DNA of 64,000 nt. Origin: Leucoraja ocellata (taxonomy: Eukaryota). The DNA lies in assembly GCA_036785375.1 (NCBI GenBank), contig JAWMAR010000070.1:3906001-3970000 (forward strand), written 5' to 3'. This document shows positions 1 to 11,849 of this stretch, one piece after another (positions within the stretch are counted from its first letter, which is position 1; each line of letters begins with the position of its first letter). Position numbers and translations under genes: made by a program. The notes under the pieces were generated by a model. It worked only from the letters and a program-made list of their open reading frames with translations. It was not told the DNA's origin and made no database searches.

Positions 1-147
1 GGCCGAAACCCTTCTTCAGTCTGAAGAAGGGTTTCGGCCCGAAACGTTGCCTATTTCCTTCGCTCCATAGATGCTGCTGCACCCGCTGAGTTTCTCCAGC
101 TTTTCTGTGTAACCTTCGATTCTCCAGCATCTGCAGTTCCCTCTTAA
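1..147. mobile_element. Penelope-like terminal repeat / short element with head-to-head CTGAAGAAGGG...CCCGAAACG units
   Basis: Palindromic junction CCCTTCTTCAG-T-CTGAAGAAGGG followed by the family tail ...CTGAGTTTCTCCAGC...CAGCATCTGCAGTTCC, also seen at 7040-7720, 27589-27682 and 50098-50160; absent at the equivalent site of gene C (35890). Confidence 0.6.
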
Positions 148-269
148 ACACTTGTTCCTCACCGGGATTATTAGTTTTGAGTCTGAATGCAAATTTCTGA
201 CGGGTGACATTTCATACAGTTCAGAGGAAGAGAAATGCGCTGAGTATTCCACTTGAAGTGAAAAGTGAA

Positions 270-684
270 GTTAAATCCCACTTTTCAAGAAAGGAGCGAG
301 AGAAAACGGGAAATTACAGAGCAGTTAGCCTGACTTCGGTGCGGGAAAGATGCCGGAGTCAATTATTAAAGAGGTAATAATGGGGCATTTGCATAGCAGT
401 AAAATAATTAGTCCAAGTCAGCATGGATTTATGAAAGGAAAATCATGCCTGACTAATCTTCTGGAATTTTTTGAGGAGGTGGCAAGTAAAATGGAGGAAG
501 GTGCGCCAGTGAATGTAGTGTATCTAGACTTCAAGAAATCCTTTGATAAGGTTCCGCACGGGAGACTGGTGACTAAATTGAGAGCGCATGGAAGGGTGTT
601 GACGTGGATAGGAAATTGGTTGGCAGACAGGAAGCAAAGAGTAGGAGTGAACGGGTCCTTTTCAGAATGGCGGGAAGTGGCGAG
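270..684 (+). mobile_element. CR1-clade LINE reverse transcriptase fragment (intronic, antisense to gene A)
   Basis: ORF 350-748 has SQHGFMKGKSCLTNLLEFFE...VYLDFKKSFDKVPH, typical CR1 RT; same insertion at 18441-18859 and 36017-36439. Confidence 0.9.
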
Positions 685-721
685 TCAGTGGAGACGACAA
701 GTCAATCGCTGCGAAACGTAC

Positions 722-1042
722 CGTCAGATACAAGGAGTTCTACGGTAAACATTGGGAGGCCGTTAGATGTTGCAATTCCACATCTGTACCACCCTGTATC
801 GCCAGAGAGAAGATCCTCCACAGTCACAGTAAATATTCCTCGTGCCCGGTTATCTGTGATTGACACTCTTCCACTCCTTCCGTGTTGCCCAATTGTTTCC
901 ACCATATCTGTACATTGGCGATTCTGCACACGGCACCAGTATTTTGTGTGTGAGCGGTACTCTGCTGCATAGTGACAATCGATTGTAAACACACTTCCCA
1001 CAACTGCTCTTACATACGGCTCTCCCCACACTGCACCTGAAA
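722..1042 (-). CDS. Gene A exon V2: CD300/pIgR-type Ig V domain
   Basis: 321-bp open phase-1/1 exon, CCTTCAG acceptor, G|GTACGT donor; IDCHY..KYWC-x6-C..GRVSITD..DTGWYRC. Confidence 0.92.
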
Positions 1043-1645
1043 CTGAAGGGGAGAAACTTTCAGATGGAGAGCAAATGAACAGTTTAGTGGAAATAGATAC
1101 ATTTTCAAGATTCCATGAAAGAAAACTTAAATAGTTCCATGATGTGTCATATTGCTTCACGGCCAATGTCTCCGGTCTGAAGTGCAGACAGTGCTGTTAT
1201 TGTACCAGTTGTGTCAGTGTTCTATCCCCGCGTCAGTGCAATTAGGGTTCACTTCCCACTCCAGATCCCTGAGCAGAAACTGGGCTGGGATCGCAGTGCG
1301 GTACTGAGGGAGCGCGGCAGTTTTGCAGGAGCTGCCTTTCAACAATCCCAGGCGGTGCCCGGCCTCTCACCCCACGAAAGACCCTACTTTGCTATTTCAT
1401 TGGCGGTGACAATTTCTTCACAGCAGTTATCAGGCATCTGAATCATCCTACCACGCCCAGAGATCTGTCCTGAACTCCCATCTACCTCTTTGACGACCCT
1501 CGGACCACCCTTGATCGTACTTTGCTGCCTTTACCTTACACTAAACGTTATTTAATATTCATGTATCTATGCACTGTAGGAGAATCGATTGTAATCCTGT
1601 ATTGTCTTTCTGCTGGAGACGTCAATCAATCGCTGCGAAACGTAC

Positions 1646-1966
1646 CGTCAGATACTTCGAGATGAACGTTAAATATTGGATGGTCGGCAGATGTTGTAAT
1701 TCCACATCTGTACCATCCTGTATCTCCATCCTGAAGATCGTCCACAGTCACAGTAAATATTCCTCGTGCCGGGTTATCTGTGATTGACACTCTTCCATTC
1801 CGTCCGTGTTGCTCATTTGTTTCCACCAAAACTGTACATTGGAGACTCCTCCCACGGCACCAGTATTTTGTGTGTGAGCGGTACTCTGCTGCATAGTAAC
1901 AATCGATTGTGGTCGCTCTTCCCACAACTCCTCTTACATCCCACTTTGCCCACAGTGCACCTGAAA
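1646..1966 (-). CDS. Gene A exon V1: CD300/pIgR-type Ig V domain
   Basis: 321-bp open phase-1/1 exon, CCCTCAG acceptor, GTACGT donor; ALWAKWDVRGVVGRATTIDCYY..KYWCRGRSLQC..DTGWYRC. Confidence 0.92.
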
Positions 1967-2033
1967 CTGAGGGGAGAAACTTTCAGCTGGAGAGAAAATG
2001 AACTGTTTAATGGAAATAGATACATTTTGAAGA

Positions 2034-2602
2034 TTACTTCTTCATATAAACTACTTCATCGCCCCCAATGCATTCAGAACTCTGCAGCCCGGATCATCAC
2101 CCGCACCAGATCATCGGACCACATCACACCCATCCTCACTCAGCTCCACTGGCTCCCTGTGCACCACCGGATTAACTACAAGAATTTACTGCTGACCTTC
2201 AAAGCCCTACACCACCTTGCTCCCCAATATCTCTCTGACCTGCTGCCACCATACACTCCTTCCCGGTCACTTCGTTCCTCCTCATCTGCAATTTTAACTG
2301 ACCCCACATTTAGACTCAGCACAATGGTTGCCAGAGCCTTTGGCTGCTCTGCCCCACGTCTCTGGAACACTCTCCCACCTCCCTTCCGTCACCTGGACAC
2401 TATCGATCAATTCAAATCACAACTCAAAACACACCTGTTTAGATTAGCATACCCGACATAACTTCCACCATGTTCACCCTGATTTTAATGACTTAAAATA
2501 TTTTGTGTATTTTTTTGTTTTTTGTTTTTTGGCAACTTAATTTTAATATTGATAATTGTATTGTGATTTTATGTCCTGTAAGGTGTCCAAGGGTGTCGAG
2601 AG
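2034..2602 (+). mobile_element. L2-clade LINE 3' fragment
   Basis: IQNSAARIITRT..HITPILTQLHWLPV..LLLTFKALH.LAPQYLSDLL C-terminal L2 ORF2 motif; same insertion at 20207-20885 and 37806-37910. Confidence 0.88.
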
Positions 2603-2799
2603 NNNNNNNNNNNNNNNNNNNNNNNNNNNNNNNNNNNNNNNNNNNNNNNNNNNNNNNNNNNNNNNNNNNNNNNNNNNNNNNNNNNNNNNNNNNNNNNNNN
2701 NNNNNNNNNNNNNNNNNNNNNNNNNNNNNNNNNNNNNNNNNNNNNNNNNNNNNNNNNNNNNNNNNNNNNNNNNNNNNNNNNNNNNNNNNNNNNNNNNNN
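2603..2799. other. Assembly gap (N run)
   Basis: 197 N; matches the position of the (TTA)n L2 tail in gene B. Confidence 1.
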
Positions 2800-3111
2800 C
2801 GCCCCATGATGTGTCATATTGCTTCACGGCCAATGTCTCCGCTCTGAAGTGCAGGCAGTGCTGTTATTGTACCAGTTGTGTCAGTGTTCTGTCCCCGGTT
2901 CAGTACAATTTGGGTCCAGATCCCTGAGCAGAAACTGGGCTGGGATCGCAGTGCGGTACTGAGGGAGCGCGGCAGTGTTGCAGGAGCTGCCTTTCAACAA
3001 TCCCAGGCGGTGCCCGGCCTCTCACGCCACAGAAAGACCCCACTTTGCTATTTAATTGGCGGTGCCGCCGGCTACGCTGCCAACATTCATCTCTCAACCG
3101 ACACTGGGCAG

Positions 3112-3374
3112 GACCCGTGTTTTTTTTAATTATCAAATAATTTATTCAATTATTAAAAATAATATTTACACTACAATAAAACAAGAACCCAGCACCATAA
3201 TACCAGACAAACAAATATACTAAATACACTACTATACAACTATGTTACAATACTTGTCAAGGATGTATTCAACCGCAGGCGATGCCCAGATGTCCCGGAA
3301 ATCCCCCAGGTGCCCGTGGACAGCGCCTGGTCCTTCTCGAGTCCCACCCGGACGCGGAAAGCCGACCCGTGTTT
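3112..3374 (-). mobile_element. 5'-truncated Tx1-like LINE 3' end with 11-bp target-site duplication
   Basis: GACCCGTGTTT at 3112-3122 and 3364-3374, A-rich tail, residual RVRVGLEK..ALSTGT peptide; empty site visible at 58649-58660 and 60033-60044. Confidence 0.7.
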
Positions 3375-4292
3375 AGACATTCACCGCCGCCAATGCTTTC
3401 CAACGCCCTGACTGAGGACAGAGGACGGACGAGTTACGGGTCCATTAACGGAGAGCGGGTCCATTAACGGAGAGCGTTAGTAGCGTGACAACGCACACCG
3501 CCAGATTCGGGGAATGTTTCTTCCCAGCTGTTATCAGACATCGGAATCATCCTCCCATAACCAGAGAGCAGTGCTGAACTATCTACCTCTTTGGTGACCC
3601 TCGGACTACCCTTGATCGGACTTTGCTGGCCTTACCTTACACTAAACTTTATTTCCCATTCATGTGTGTAAGATGATCGATTGTAATCATGCATCTGGCA
3701 GGTTAGCATGCAACATAAAGCTTTTCTCTGTACCTCGGTACACGTGACAATAAACTGAACTTGGATTTCAGCAGGACTGGGCCGTGGATCCGAGAACGGA
3801 TGGAGAGAGTGTTGGGAGTGGGTGGATAGAGCGAGGACAGTGGTTCAGTCTCAGACTCCGGGGAATTGTTGGGTTTGCGACAGAGTTGAGATGGACAAAT
3901 GCAGGGAATATTTGAACTGACACAATGAGACCTCAATCCTGACTTCCACCTCAGTTGTAAACACATTTTGTTAGTGTAGAATTAACTTCCTGGTGATGTT
4001 GGAACCTCTGTCCTTCGGTCCAGGTGTCTTGGAGTATCTGCTCCAAATACATTCGCTATTTAATGCCTATAAACTACCATCAGGATGCAATTAGACCTAG
4101 TGTTAGCGGTGGTTAAACTACGAACATAGTCTAGATATTCAAATGTGATATCAGATCCGTCACCACAATGCACTGAGTTCCATCTCGCCCATTACATGTC
4201 TACACACACTTAACCATCTCTGCTGTAGAAAGGGTGCACGGGACCCCAACCTACGTTGATCATTGGAATATCAAGATCTGGCTTTCACTCAC

Positions 4293-4329
4293 CCGGCAGC
4301 GAGGCGATGAGAAGAATGGGAATCCACAT
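4293..4329 (-). CDS. Gene A leader exon (signal peptide MWIPILLIASLP)
   Basis: 37-bp ATG exon ending phase 1 at G|GTGAGT; joins V exon to give MWIPILLIASLPVSGALW; conserved at 22404-22440 and 54978-55014. Confidence 0.88.
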
Positions 4330-4432
4330 TGTTTTATCCACAGTGACAAAAGCAGCACTTTTCTGTCTGTTGCTCAGCTCTGAGCTTTCAGAGACAACCG
4401 CGTCTCTCAAATAGCAATGACTTAGAAGGGAA

Positions 4433-4456
4433 CAGGACGTCAGATCGTGAACCACA
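4433..4456 (-). promoter_or_regulatory. Gene A proximal promoter: RUNX site intact, ETS site mutated
   Basis: AACCACA 4450-4456; CAGGACGT 4433-4440 where genes B and E have CAGGAAGT. Confidence 0.4.
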
Positions 4457-6371
4457 GCGAGCCAGCAGCAGCTCGACACGATGTAGTGTGAAAGGCTCAG
4501 GGTTATATTTAGCAAATGGTTGGGTCAGATGATCACAGAGTCATACGTCACGGAAACAGGCCCATCTCCCCAACTCGTTAGACCAATATGCTCATCTAAG
4601 TTAGTCAAATTTGCCCACGCTCGACCCATATCTCCCCAAACCTTCCCTATCCATGGACCTGGCCGAATGCCCGTTCCATGTTGTTATTGCAGCTGCTTCA
4701 GCCGCTTCGTCAAGTGTGATGTATACGTAAGGATGGAGCGGCGGTTATCTCTGTACTGAGAGTCTGTTAACACTGAACTGTGGTGGAAATATTGACAGAC
4801 AAAAAAAATGCAGGAGCAACTCTGCGGGCCCGTCAGCGCCTCTGGAGAAAATGGATAGATGGCGTTTCGGGTCGGGACCCTTCGTGTAAACAATGATACG
4901 TTGTATAAAATATGACATTTACAAGAGTAAAAATTAGGTTCCACTGCACCGTTTTGTACTGTATTAACTTCTAATAAAATAAACAAAAAAAAAGAGAGTA
5001 AAAACGTCTAAGATGTGTACACTTCCGGATCATTCCCTCTTGATGATTTTGTAAGTGGACCGGCAGACCAAAAACATGGAACTTTTGTTTTGGAATATTG
5101 CTGAACTGATACACTTAGTGAAGTTAAAGCAAGTTAGAATATACACGGTGAATTGAATTGTTAACTTGTCTTCTTCACAAGTGCTAATAAATTATCAGAG
5201 TTGTGGTCATGTACATTCCATTGGTTGATTTTGTACATCTGCTTGCAACGATTTAATTCTGTAGGCAACTAGTTGTATTATAATATGACTTAATATCTGC
5301 TGCGGGCTATCGTTCTGGATGTGTTACTTTCAGGGGAACAGTGCAGTTTATTCGGGTTGTGTCCGTCAGTGGCATTGTTGTGTATCACGTGGTATCGGTG
5401 TAACACACAGATGTGTCCGCCACTGATGTTAGCTGAGCGCTGGCGACCCCCAGTAAAGGATATTTTGTTCGGAGTTATTTCCTGTTTACTTGCCCAAACA
5501 CTGCAGAGAGGAACCGACGATGCAGCAAAACAATTTAATCCTGTCTTCATTCGCCATTGACCCATGACTTCTGCAAACACTGCTCAGCAATCAGTGTTAC
5601 ACCGAGCTGCTCGCAAGATGCGGTTCAGAGATACGAATCTACACACTCTTGTTTCAGCAGCGCGAGCAAAGTGTCAGCACTGCAGAACAATTCAGTGTAA
5701 AGGGAGAATGACTGTTTGATCATATTAGATTAAAGTACATTGCAAGTCAGCACCCACCGCTAAACACAACAGTGGCATCGACCCGAAATGTCACCCGTTC
5801 TTTCCCTCGAGTGATGCCGCCCTTCCCGCGGAGTTGCTCCAGTATTTTGTATATATCTGTGGCATCTCAGACCATTTATCTCTCGTTATCTGAGAGGCTC
5901 TTTGGGATGTCCTGCAGTGGGGAAATGATCCAACTCAAGATCATTCCTCCCATTAGACCATTAACAAGCTCTATTTGAACGGGCCAGGCAGCATCAATGT
6001 GACCACAGAATCTGCAAGTATCTCTGGCTATTCAGCACCCCTCTGTTATCCCTGACCTGGGGGTTTGTGAGTTCAAATCAGTTTCTGGTCTCATTTCCGC
6101 GTCTCCCCGCTTACTGTATGGAGAATATTTATCTTTGTCAGTGGGACATTTTAGCAATCTTTGAATCTTTCTGAACTTTATGGCGGTTACTCCGTTATTG
6201 CAGGTCACCATTTTGTATTCGCAAACAACATCCTTCAAAGTTCTTTCATGGGCGGGGCTACAGTCACGAGTCAGACTAAGGAAAGCAACACAATGTATTT
6301 GCAGTTTCACACCCCGCGCTTTGCAAGCTGCAACTCACCAATTTTGTTCTGCACAAGAATAGACTTTCCTC

Positions 6372-6672
6372 TAGTTTAGTTTAGTTTAGTTTAGTTTGGA
6401 GATACAACGAGGAAACAGGCCCTTCGGCCCAACGAGTCCACACTGACCAGCAATCCCCGCACATTACACGACCCCACACACACTGGGGACGATTTACATT
6501 TATAGCATGCCAATTAACCAATCGACATGTACGTTCTTGGAGATCTCGGAGAAAACACGATGTTATGGGGAGAACGTACAAACTCCGCACAGACAGCTCC
6601 CGCAGTCGGGATCGAACCCGGGTCTTCGGCGCTGCAAGCGTTGTAAGGCAGCATCTCTACCGTTGCACCACA
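6372..6672 (-). mobile_element. V-SINE/HE1-like SINE with (TTTAG)n tail
   Basis: Core GTCTGTGCGGAGTTTGTACGTTCTCCCC on minus strand; related copies at 10820-11090, 29523-29800, 39305-39597, 49080-49300 and 49795-50320. Confidence 0.7.
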
Positions 6673-7039
6673 TTGGCCATTGTTTGTAGTCCTTTAACTC
6701 CTTTGCACGGTGGCAAAATGAACAACTCGTTGCAGCATTAAAATGTTTATCAATATTACGGTACTCAAAACACGCGAACGTGGTGTGATATAGAACTCGT
6801 GTGAAAGGGTTGATTACTGGTTGACGTGGACTCGGTGGGCCAAATGGTCTGTATCCATGCTGTATCTTTCAATTACTTAATCCAAAAAAATTGTTAGAAA
6901 CATAGAAAATAGGTGCAGGAGTAGGCCATTCGGCCCATCGAGCCTGCACCGCCATTCAATATGATCATGGCTGATCATCCAACTCAGCATCCTGTACCTG
7001 CCTTCTCTCCGTACCCCCTGGTCCCTTTAGCCATGTACA

Positions 7040-7720
7040 ACATGCTGGAGTAACTCAGCGGGACAGGTAGCATATCTGGATGAAAGGAATGGGTGACGTT
7101 TCGGGTCGAGACCCTTCTTCAGATTAAAGTCACAGGAGAGGGATAAGGAATGGTGAGGTGTGAAAACGGGACAAAGGGTTTGCAGATCAAAGGAAATGTA
7201 GAATAGGTCATTGTTAGCTGGGAGAAGGTAACAACAAAGCAATTAGAGATAAAATGTAGTCGGAGACCGTTCGGATACCTGGGAAGGTGGTGGGGGGAGG
7301 GGGTGGTGGATTGAGAGGGAATGCAAGGGTTACTTGAAGTTAGAGAAGTCAACGTTCACACCGCTGGGATGTAACCAGCCCAAGCGAAATATGAGGTGCA
7401 GTTCCTCCAATTTGCGTGGCAACTTACGCTGACAATGGAGCATGCCCAGGACAGGAATGTCAGTGTGGGAACGGGAGGGAGGAGTTACCGTGTTTAGCGA
7501 CCGGGATATCAGGTAGGGGCGGACTCAACGGAGGTGTTCAGCAAAACGGTCGCCGAGAAGCGAGAACAATCGCAGGCTCAGCAATCGTTTCGCTGAACAC
7601 CGCCCCCCAGTCTGCCTACCCCTACCTGATCTATCTACTGATGCCGCCTGTCACGCTGAGTTACCCCAGCAATTTATGTGTATCTTCAGTTTAAACCAGC
7701 ATCTGCAGTTCCTTCCTACC
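7040..7720 (-). mobile_element. Penelope-like element remnant
   Basis: Contains CTGAAGAAGGGTCTCGACCCGAAACGTC (7095-7122) and degraded GIY-YIG-type sequence similar to 16885-17250 and 34440-35220. Confidence 0.6.
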
Positions 7721-8333
7721 TAAAAATTAGTTGCAGATCGGAAATGAAATCTGCAGATGTTGGATGTGCTTAGCGCGTCAGTCAGCGTCTGTGCAGAGAA
7801 AAATAAGGCTAATAGTCAGAACAATGCCGTTGCATAATTTGGGTCTGATGGGATAGCATAGTCTGAAAGATTAATTGAATGCCTTCCCAAATCGCCTTTA
7901 ATGTATGGCAACAAGAGGAATATCCAGCAGTCTAATCAAAACAAATTAGACAAACCGTTTATTGACAACAACCATTTATTAAGAAGCATTCTGTTGCATT
8001 ATTATTCATTAATCTGTGAAAAAAAATCTAGGAAATTGTATGCATATAATATAGTTTAACAGAGGATAAAACTCTGAAGCAGCAGAAACCACGCAAAGGT
8101 TAAAACAGTAGTTCGAAGCTGACGAAAGAAACCTTGGAAGAGGTGGCAAAAATTAAGATGGTGCAAGCTAGGAGTCTTCATTGTAATTGGTGGGTCGAGT
8201 GGCGAGGTTCTGTGTCATCGCGTCTCTGCAAAAGACAATGTGAAGTCATCAGACAGACTGACAGTGGGAACCACGCTTTATTTGTCCCGGCCACTCCCAA
8301 CACATTGCTGTCTGCAAGATGCTAACCCACGAA

Positions 8334-8474
8334 TTAGTTAATCCCATGCAAACGAACCCACACCGGGCACAGAAATCCACCCTGCACGCGTACAACCTGA
8401 CAGAACCTCGTGATATCATCAACATAGAGATTTGGTTTAACTTCAGGATATGAAAACGTGCACGATTTTTGTTT
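8334..8474 (-). CDS. Gene B putative terminal (cytoplasmic) exon, KQKSCTFSYPEVKPNLYVDDITRF...GIN*
   Basis: CAATAG acceptor, phase 0 matching the TM exon, 46 codons to TAA, AATAAA about 50 nt downstream (plus-strand TTTATT 8277-8282). Confidence 0.55.
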   Translation of the reverse strand, partial: KQKSCTFSYPEVKPNLYVDDITRFCQVVRVQGGFLCPVWVRLHGIN

Positions 8475-8869
8475 CTATTGATGGACAGGATATTTGAAAG
8501 CATTAATGGAAACCGTTTGGAAACACTCGGCGAAGAGAAGGGATTGCTTTGGGCGAATCCCTTCTGGTGAATCTATGGATTTCATTGCCACAGGAGGCTG
8601 TGGAGGCCAAGTTAATTCACACCGGAGATGCTGCCTGTCCCGCTGAGCTACTCCAGCATTTTTGTATCTGTCCAAATTAATTGATATTTTTAAGGCGGAG
8701 ATTTTCATTTTCTTGATAAATAAGGATGTCAGTGGTTACGGGGAGAAGGCAGGTGAATGGGATCGAGTGAAGGATAGATCAGCCGTGATTGGGGGCCGAT
8801 TAGATATGATGGGATGAATGGCCTAATTCTGCTCCTATAATTTATGAACATGATGACAATACAACCTAC

Positions 8870-8960
8870 CTTAGAGCCTCTTGTGAACACCGCGGTTGAG
8901 ATACTCCAGATCACAAGCAGGAGAAAGAACATCCAGCGCCCCATTTCCCATGAGATGTAA
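8870..8960 (-). CDS. Gene B transmembrane exon with Arg (SYISWEMGRWMFFLLLVIWSISTAVFTRGSK)
   Basis: 91-bp exon, polypyrimidine CCCAG acceptor, AAG|GTAGGT donor, phase 2 to 0; conserved at 27204-27294. Confidence 0.85.
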
Positions 8961-10576
8961 CTGGGCAAAGGGCAAGAAATACGGAGTCAATGGGAGGAAA
9001 CGAGACGGTTAATCTTTGAAGCATTTACCTGTTATTTGCTTCATAATCTTGATGAAGAGGAGCGGGGCGAAGCGGCAGCGTCAGTGGAGACCATCTTTGT
9101 AAAAGAACGGGTGTGGGACTGGGGGAGGCGGGGGGGGGGGGGGGGGGGGACAATATATGATCACCAATTGTTGACCTCATTGCTGGGGCATGGCTACAAG
9201 ACTGGGAATGAGAGACTACGCGGTTAAATGGATTCAGAGAAGACAGACAAATAAGTCATGAGTCGGGACAGTGAATACAAAACAGTGGACACAAAATGTT
9301 GGAGAAACACAGCGGGAGAGGCAGCATCTCTCTGGAAAGAAGGAATGCGTGAAGTTCCGGGTCGAGACCCTTCTTCAGACCAAGAGTCACGGGAGAGGGA
9401 ACTGTGGATGTGGAAGGATGCAAAGAACAGTGTGATATCCTGGAAGAAAGAAAATGCAGCTGCAAGGAAGTTTATAATAAAATCCATTTGGATAGGAATA
9501 ATAAAACGGATCAATTCCAATGGTGGATGGGAGATGTGCAATAAAAATGGAAACAGATGAGGCCAATTAATAAAATTAATTAAAAATGATTATACATAAT
9601 CTCACACCCTCGATACTTCGTGGGTCAACGCGGTAGGTGTGTGGATGGAGGAATTGTGCTCGAAAAACCGGTTAAAGGTTCGCTCATAACGGCGTGGCTT
9701 TCATGAACATTTGCTAACGCAAGTATAACACAAGAGTGTGATAGAAAGTCAGATCTATTTGAATTGTGATAAGATAAACAACAAAACGTTCCCACTTTCA
9801 TGACTATATTATGATTGAATATTTAATGGTTTCAAGTATCAACGAGTAAGAGAGAGTCAGTTAACTCATTTTGCTGTATTCGGATGAGGTGAGTGATGTA
9901 GCAATCATGTTGAATACTGCAGGGAGCGCTCTCTGAAAAGCATCAAATGGAGGAACTTGTTCTCATCATCCAAGCATGTACACAACACAATGAGATGTAC
10001 ACCAGTGCGATTCCCCCTCTGATGAGTTAACTAATAACTGGTTTGTAAGTTATATTTATTGTATTAAATAATATTTAATAGATACGTTTATATTTGGTCA
10101 GGCTTGAAACTTGTACAACAATTGGTTATGCTTCGTGACATTTAGGTTCATTGGATCAAAGACCCATAGAGAAACATAGTATAGAAACAGGCCATTTCCG
10201 TCAACTGCATTCACATGATTCCTGTGTCAATCCTATTTTTATTTCCCTCACTTGCTCATCAACTACCACCCCCACCCCCACCCCAGCAATTCTTCACAGA
10301 TTCAGCCACTCTCCTGTACACATGGGGCAATTTACAACTGGCTCATCTTTGGGAGCTGGGAGGAAACTGGAGCACTTGAATGAAACCAACACAATTAAAG
10401 GCAAAACATGCAGACCACGCACAGACAGCTCCTAATGAACCAATGTCGTGGCGTTGTGAGACTGTGGCTCAACACTCTCACGCATTTAATGCCAGTTTCT
10501 CCCAATTAAAGCATTCCCCAATCAAAACACCAGCAAATAGTACATTGTAACTTTCATTGGAAACAGAGCATTTTAC

Positions 10577-10625
10577 CTTGCAGAGTAATTGGATGGTATC
10601 GAATTTTCACAATAACATTCAAGAC
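10577..10625 (-). CDS. Gene B stalk exon (GLECYCENSIPSNYSA)
   Basis: 49-bp exon, CCAACAG acceptor, AAG|GTAAAA donor; phase 1 to 2 exactly bridges the C2 and TM exons; conserved at 29330-29378. Confidence 0.8.
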
Positions 10626-11849
10626 CTGTTGGAACATGAAATAAAAGTCAGTTTCACTGCTTTTCACTTGCAGTTTAACAAGTAGCTATGATTTTCCGAT
10701 GCAAGCAGTTGATAGGCTTAACAGACAGGGCAATGCTTCTTCTGTGTGATTTGCAGCAAATGGGAGATGTTATCATGACAAACAGGAGTGCTGGTAACAA
10801 CTCTGGCTCCAGGTGTAGATGGCACGGTGGCGCAGCGGTAGAGTTGCTGCCTTACAGCCAGAGGCACGGGTTCGATCCTGACCACGGATGCTGTCTGCAC
10901 GGAATTTGTACCTCCTCCCTTTGACCGCGTGGGTTTCTACAAGTGCTCCAGTTACCCCACAGTCTGAACTCTTGCAAGTGTGTCGGTTAATTGGCTTCTG
11001 TAAATTTTCCCAAATGGAACTAGGATACTGGTGATTACTGGACGTTGTGTGCTCAGTGGGACGAAGAACCTGCTTCCACGATGTATCCACAAATTAATCA
11101 AAAGGGTCCAATTTCACTTGAGAGGAGTATTGCTTGGGATGAAACATTACAGTGATGGGGAGGGGTTGGATAGGCGTTTTATAAAATTCCATGCAGAACG
11201 GGTGAGGACGGGAGGATCTATTACAGGTGTGCAAAACTATGAGCAGCGTAGATAGGGTATTTTTGGAACATTTTACACGACAGATATGTGTAAAAGTGGA
11301 GAACATATGGGTACGTTAAGGAGCAGGATGTTTCAAGGGTATAAATAAATATTTTTAAACCGAGAAGATAGAGGTACCTGAATTGCCTCAATGGACGAGG
11401 TGCTGGTAAGTGGGATGAGTATTGATAGTACTGAATGGTCAACATTAATACAGTGACCCAAATGCGATACCGTCGTCTAGGAGTTAATTGTGGGCACATT
11501 TACTGATAATTTCTGATCCCTTCACATATTTGAGTGTCGGTCATGTGGAGATGATGGAAAGTGAAAATGCTTGGACTGATGTCACTACAAACCTAGTTTA
11601 AAGCTGTGTGAACATAAGAGGCAGTTCTAGCCGGGAAGCTGGTCTACACCAGCACTGGGAAATCTATTTATGGAGCCCAACAACCAAGTATTGACAAATG
11701 GGCCATAATTCCATCATGAATTATGGGGTGAAGAGGGGAAGATAGATCAGCCATGATTGAATGGTCTATTTCTGCTTCTATCACATGTGATTTTATGAAC
11801 CACCCCACCCCCACTTCCCCTTCTTCTCCCCATTCCCTCCACTACTTAC

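Noticed and set aside
604-972. Plus-strand ORFs overlapping V exons (also 17399-17749, 18779-19147 and minus 63539-63799)
   Set aside because: Antisense shadows of the Ig exons with no recognisable protein features
1951-1957. CACAGTG heptamers near V exons (also 14940, 20125), suggesting RAG recombination signals or an Ig/TCR locus
   Set aside because: They are the antisense of the Ala-Leu-Trp codons inside the exon; I found no spaced nonamer and no J segments (no WGxG/FGxG), and each V exon ends in its own splice donor
1784-2461. 225-aa ORF, the longest in the window
   Set aside because: Chance fusion of antisense V-exon sequence with an L2 ORF2 remnant; broken in the paralogous copy
2493-2927. 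X-rich ORFs (also 37768-38208 and 46692-47153)
   Set aside because: Artefacts of N gaps
3703-3966. 87-aa ORF conserved in three copies (21813-22076, 55341-55604) and ORFs near 5290, 23400 and 53587
   Set aside because: Conservation is explained by recent segmental duplication; no domain signature or convincing splice context
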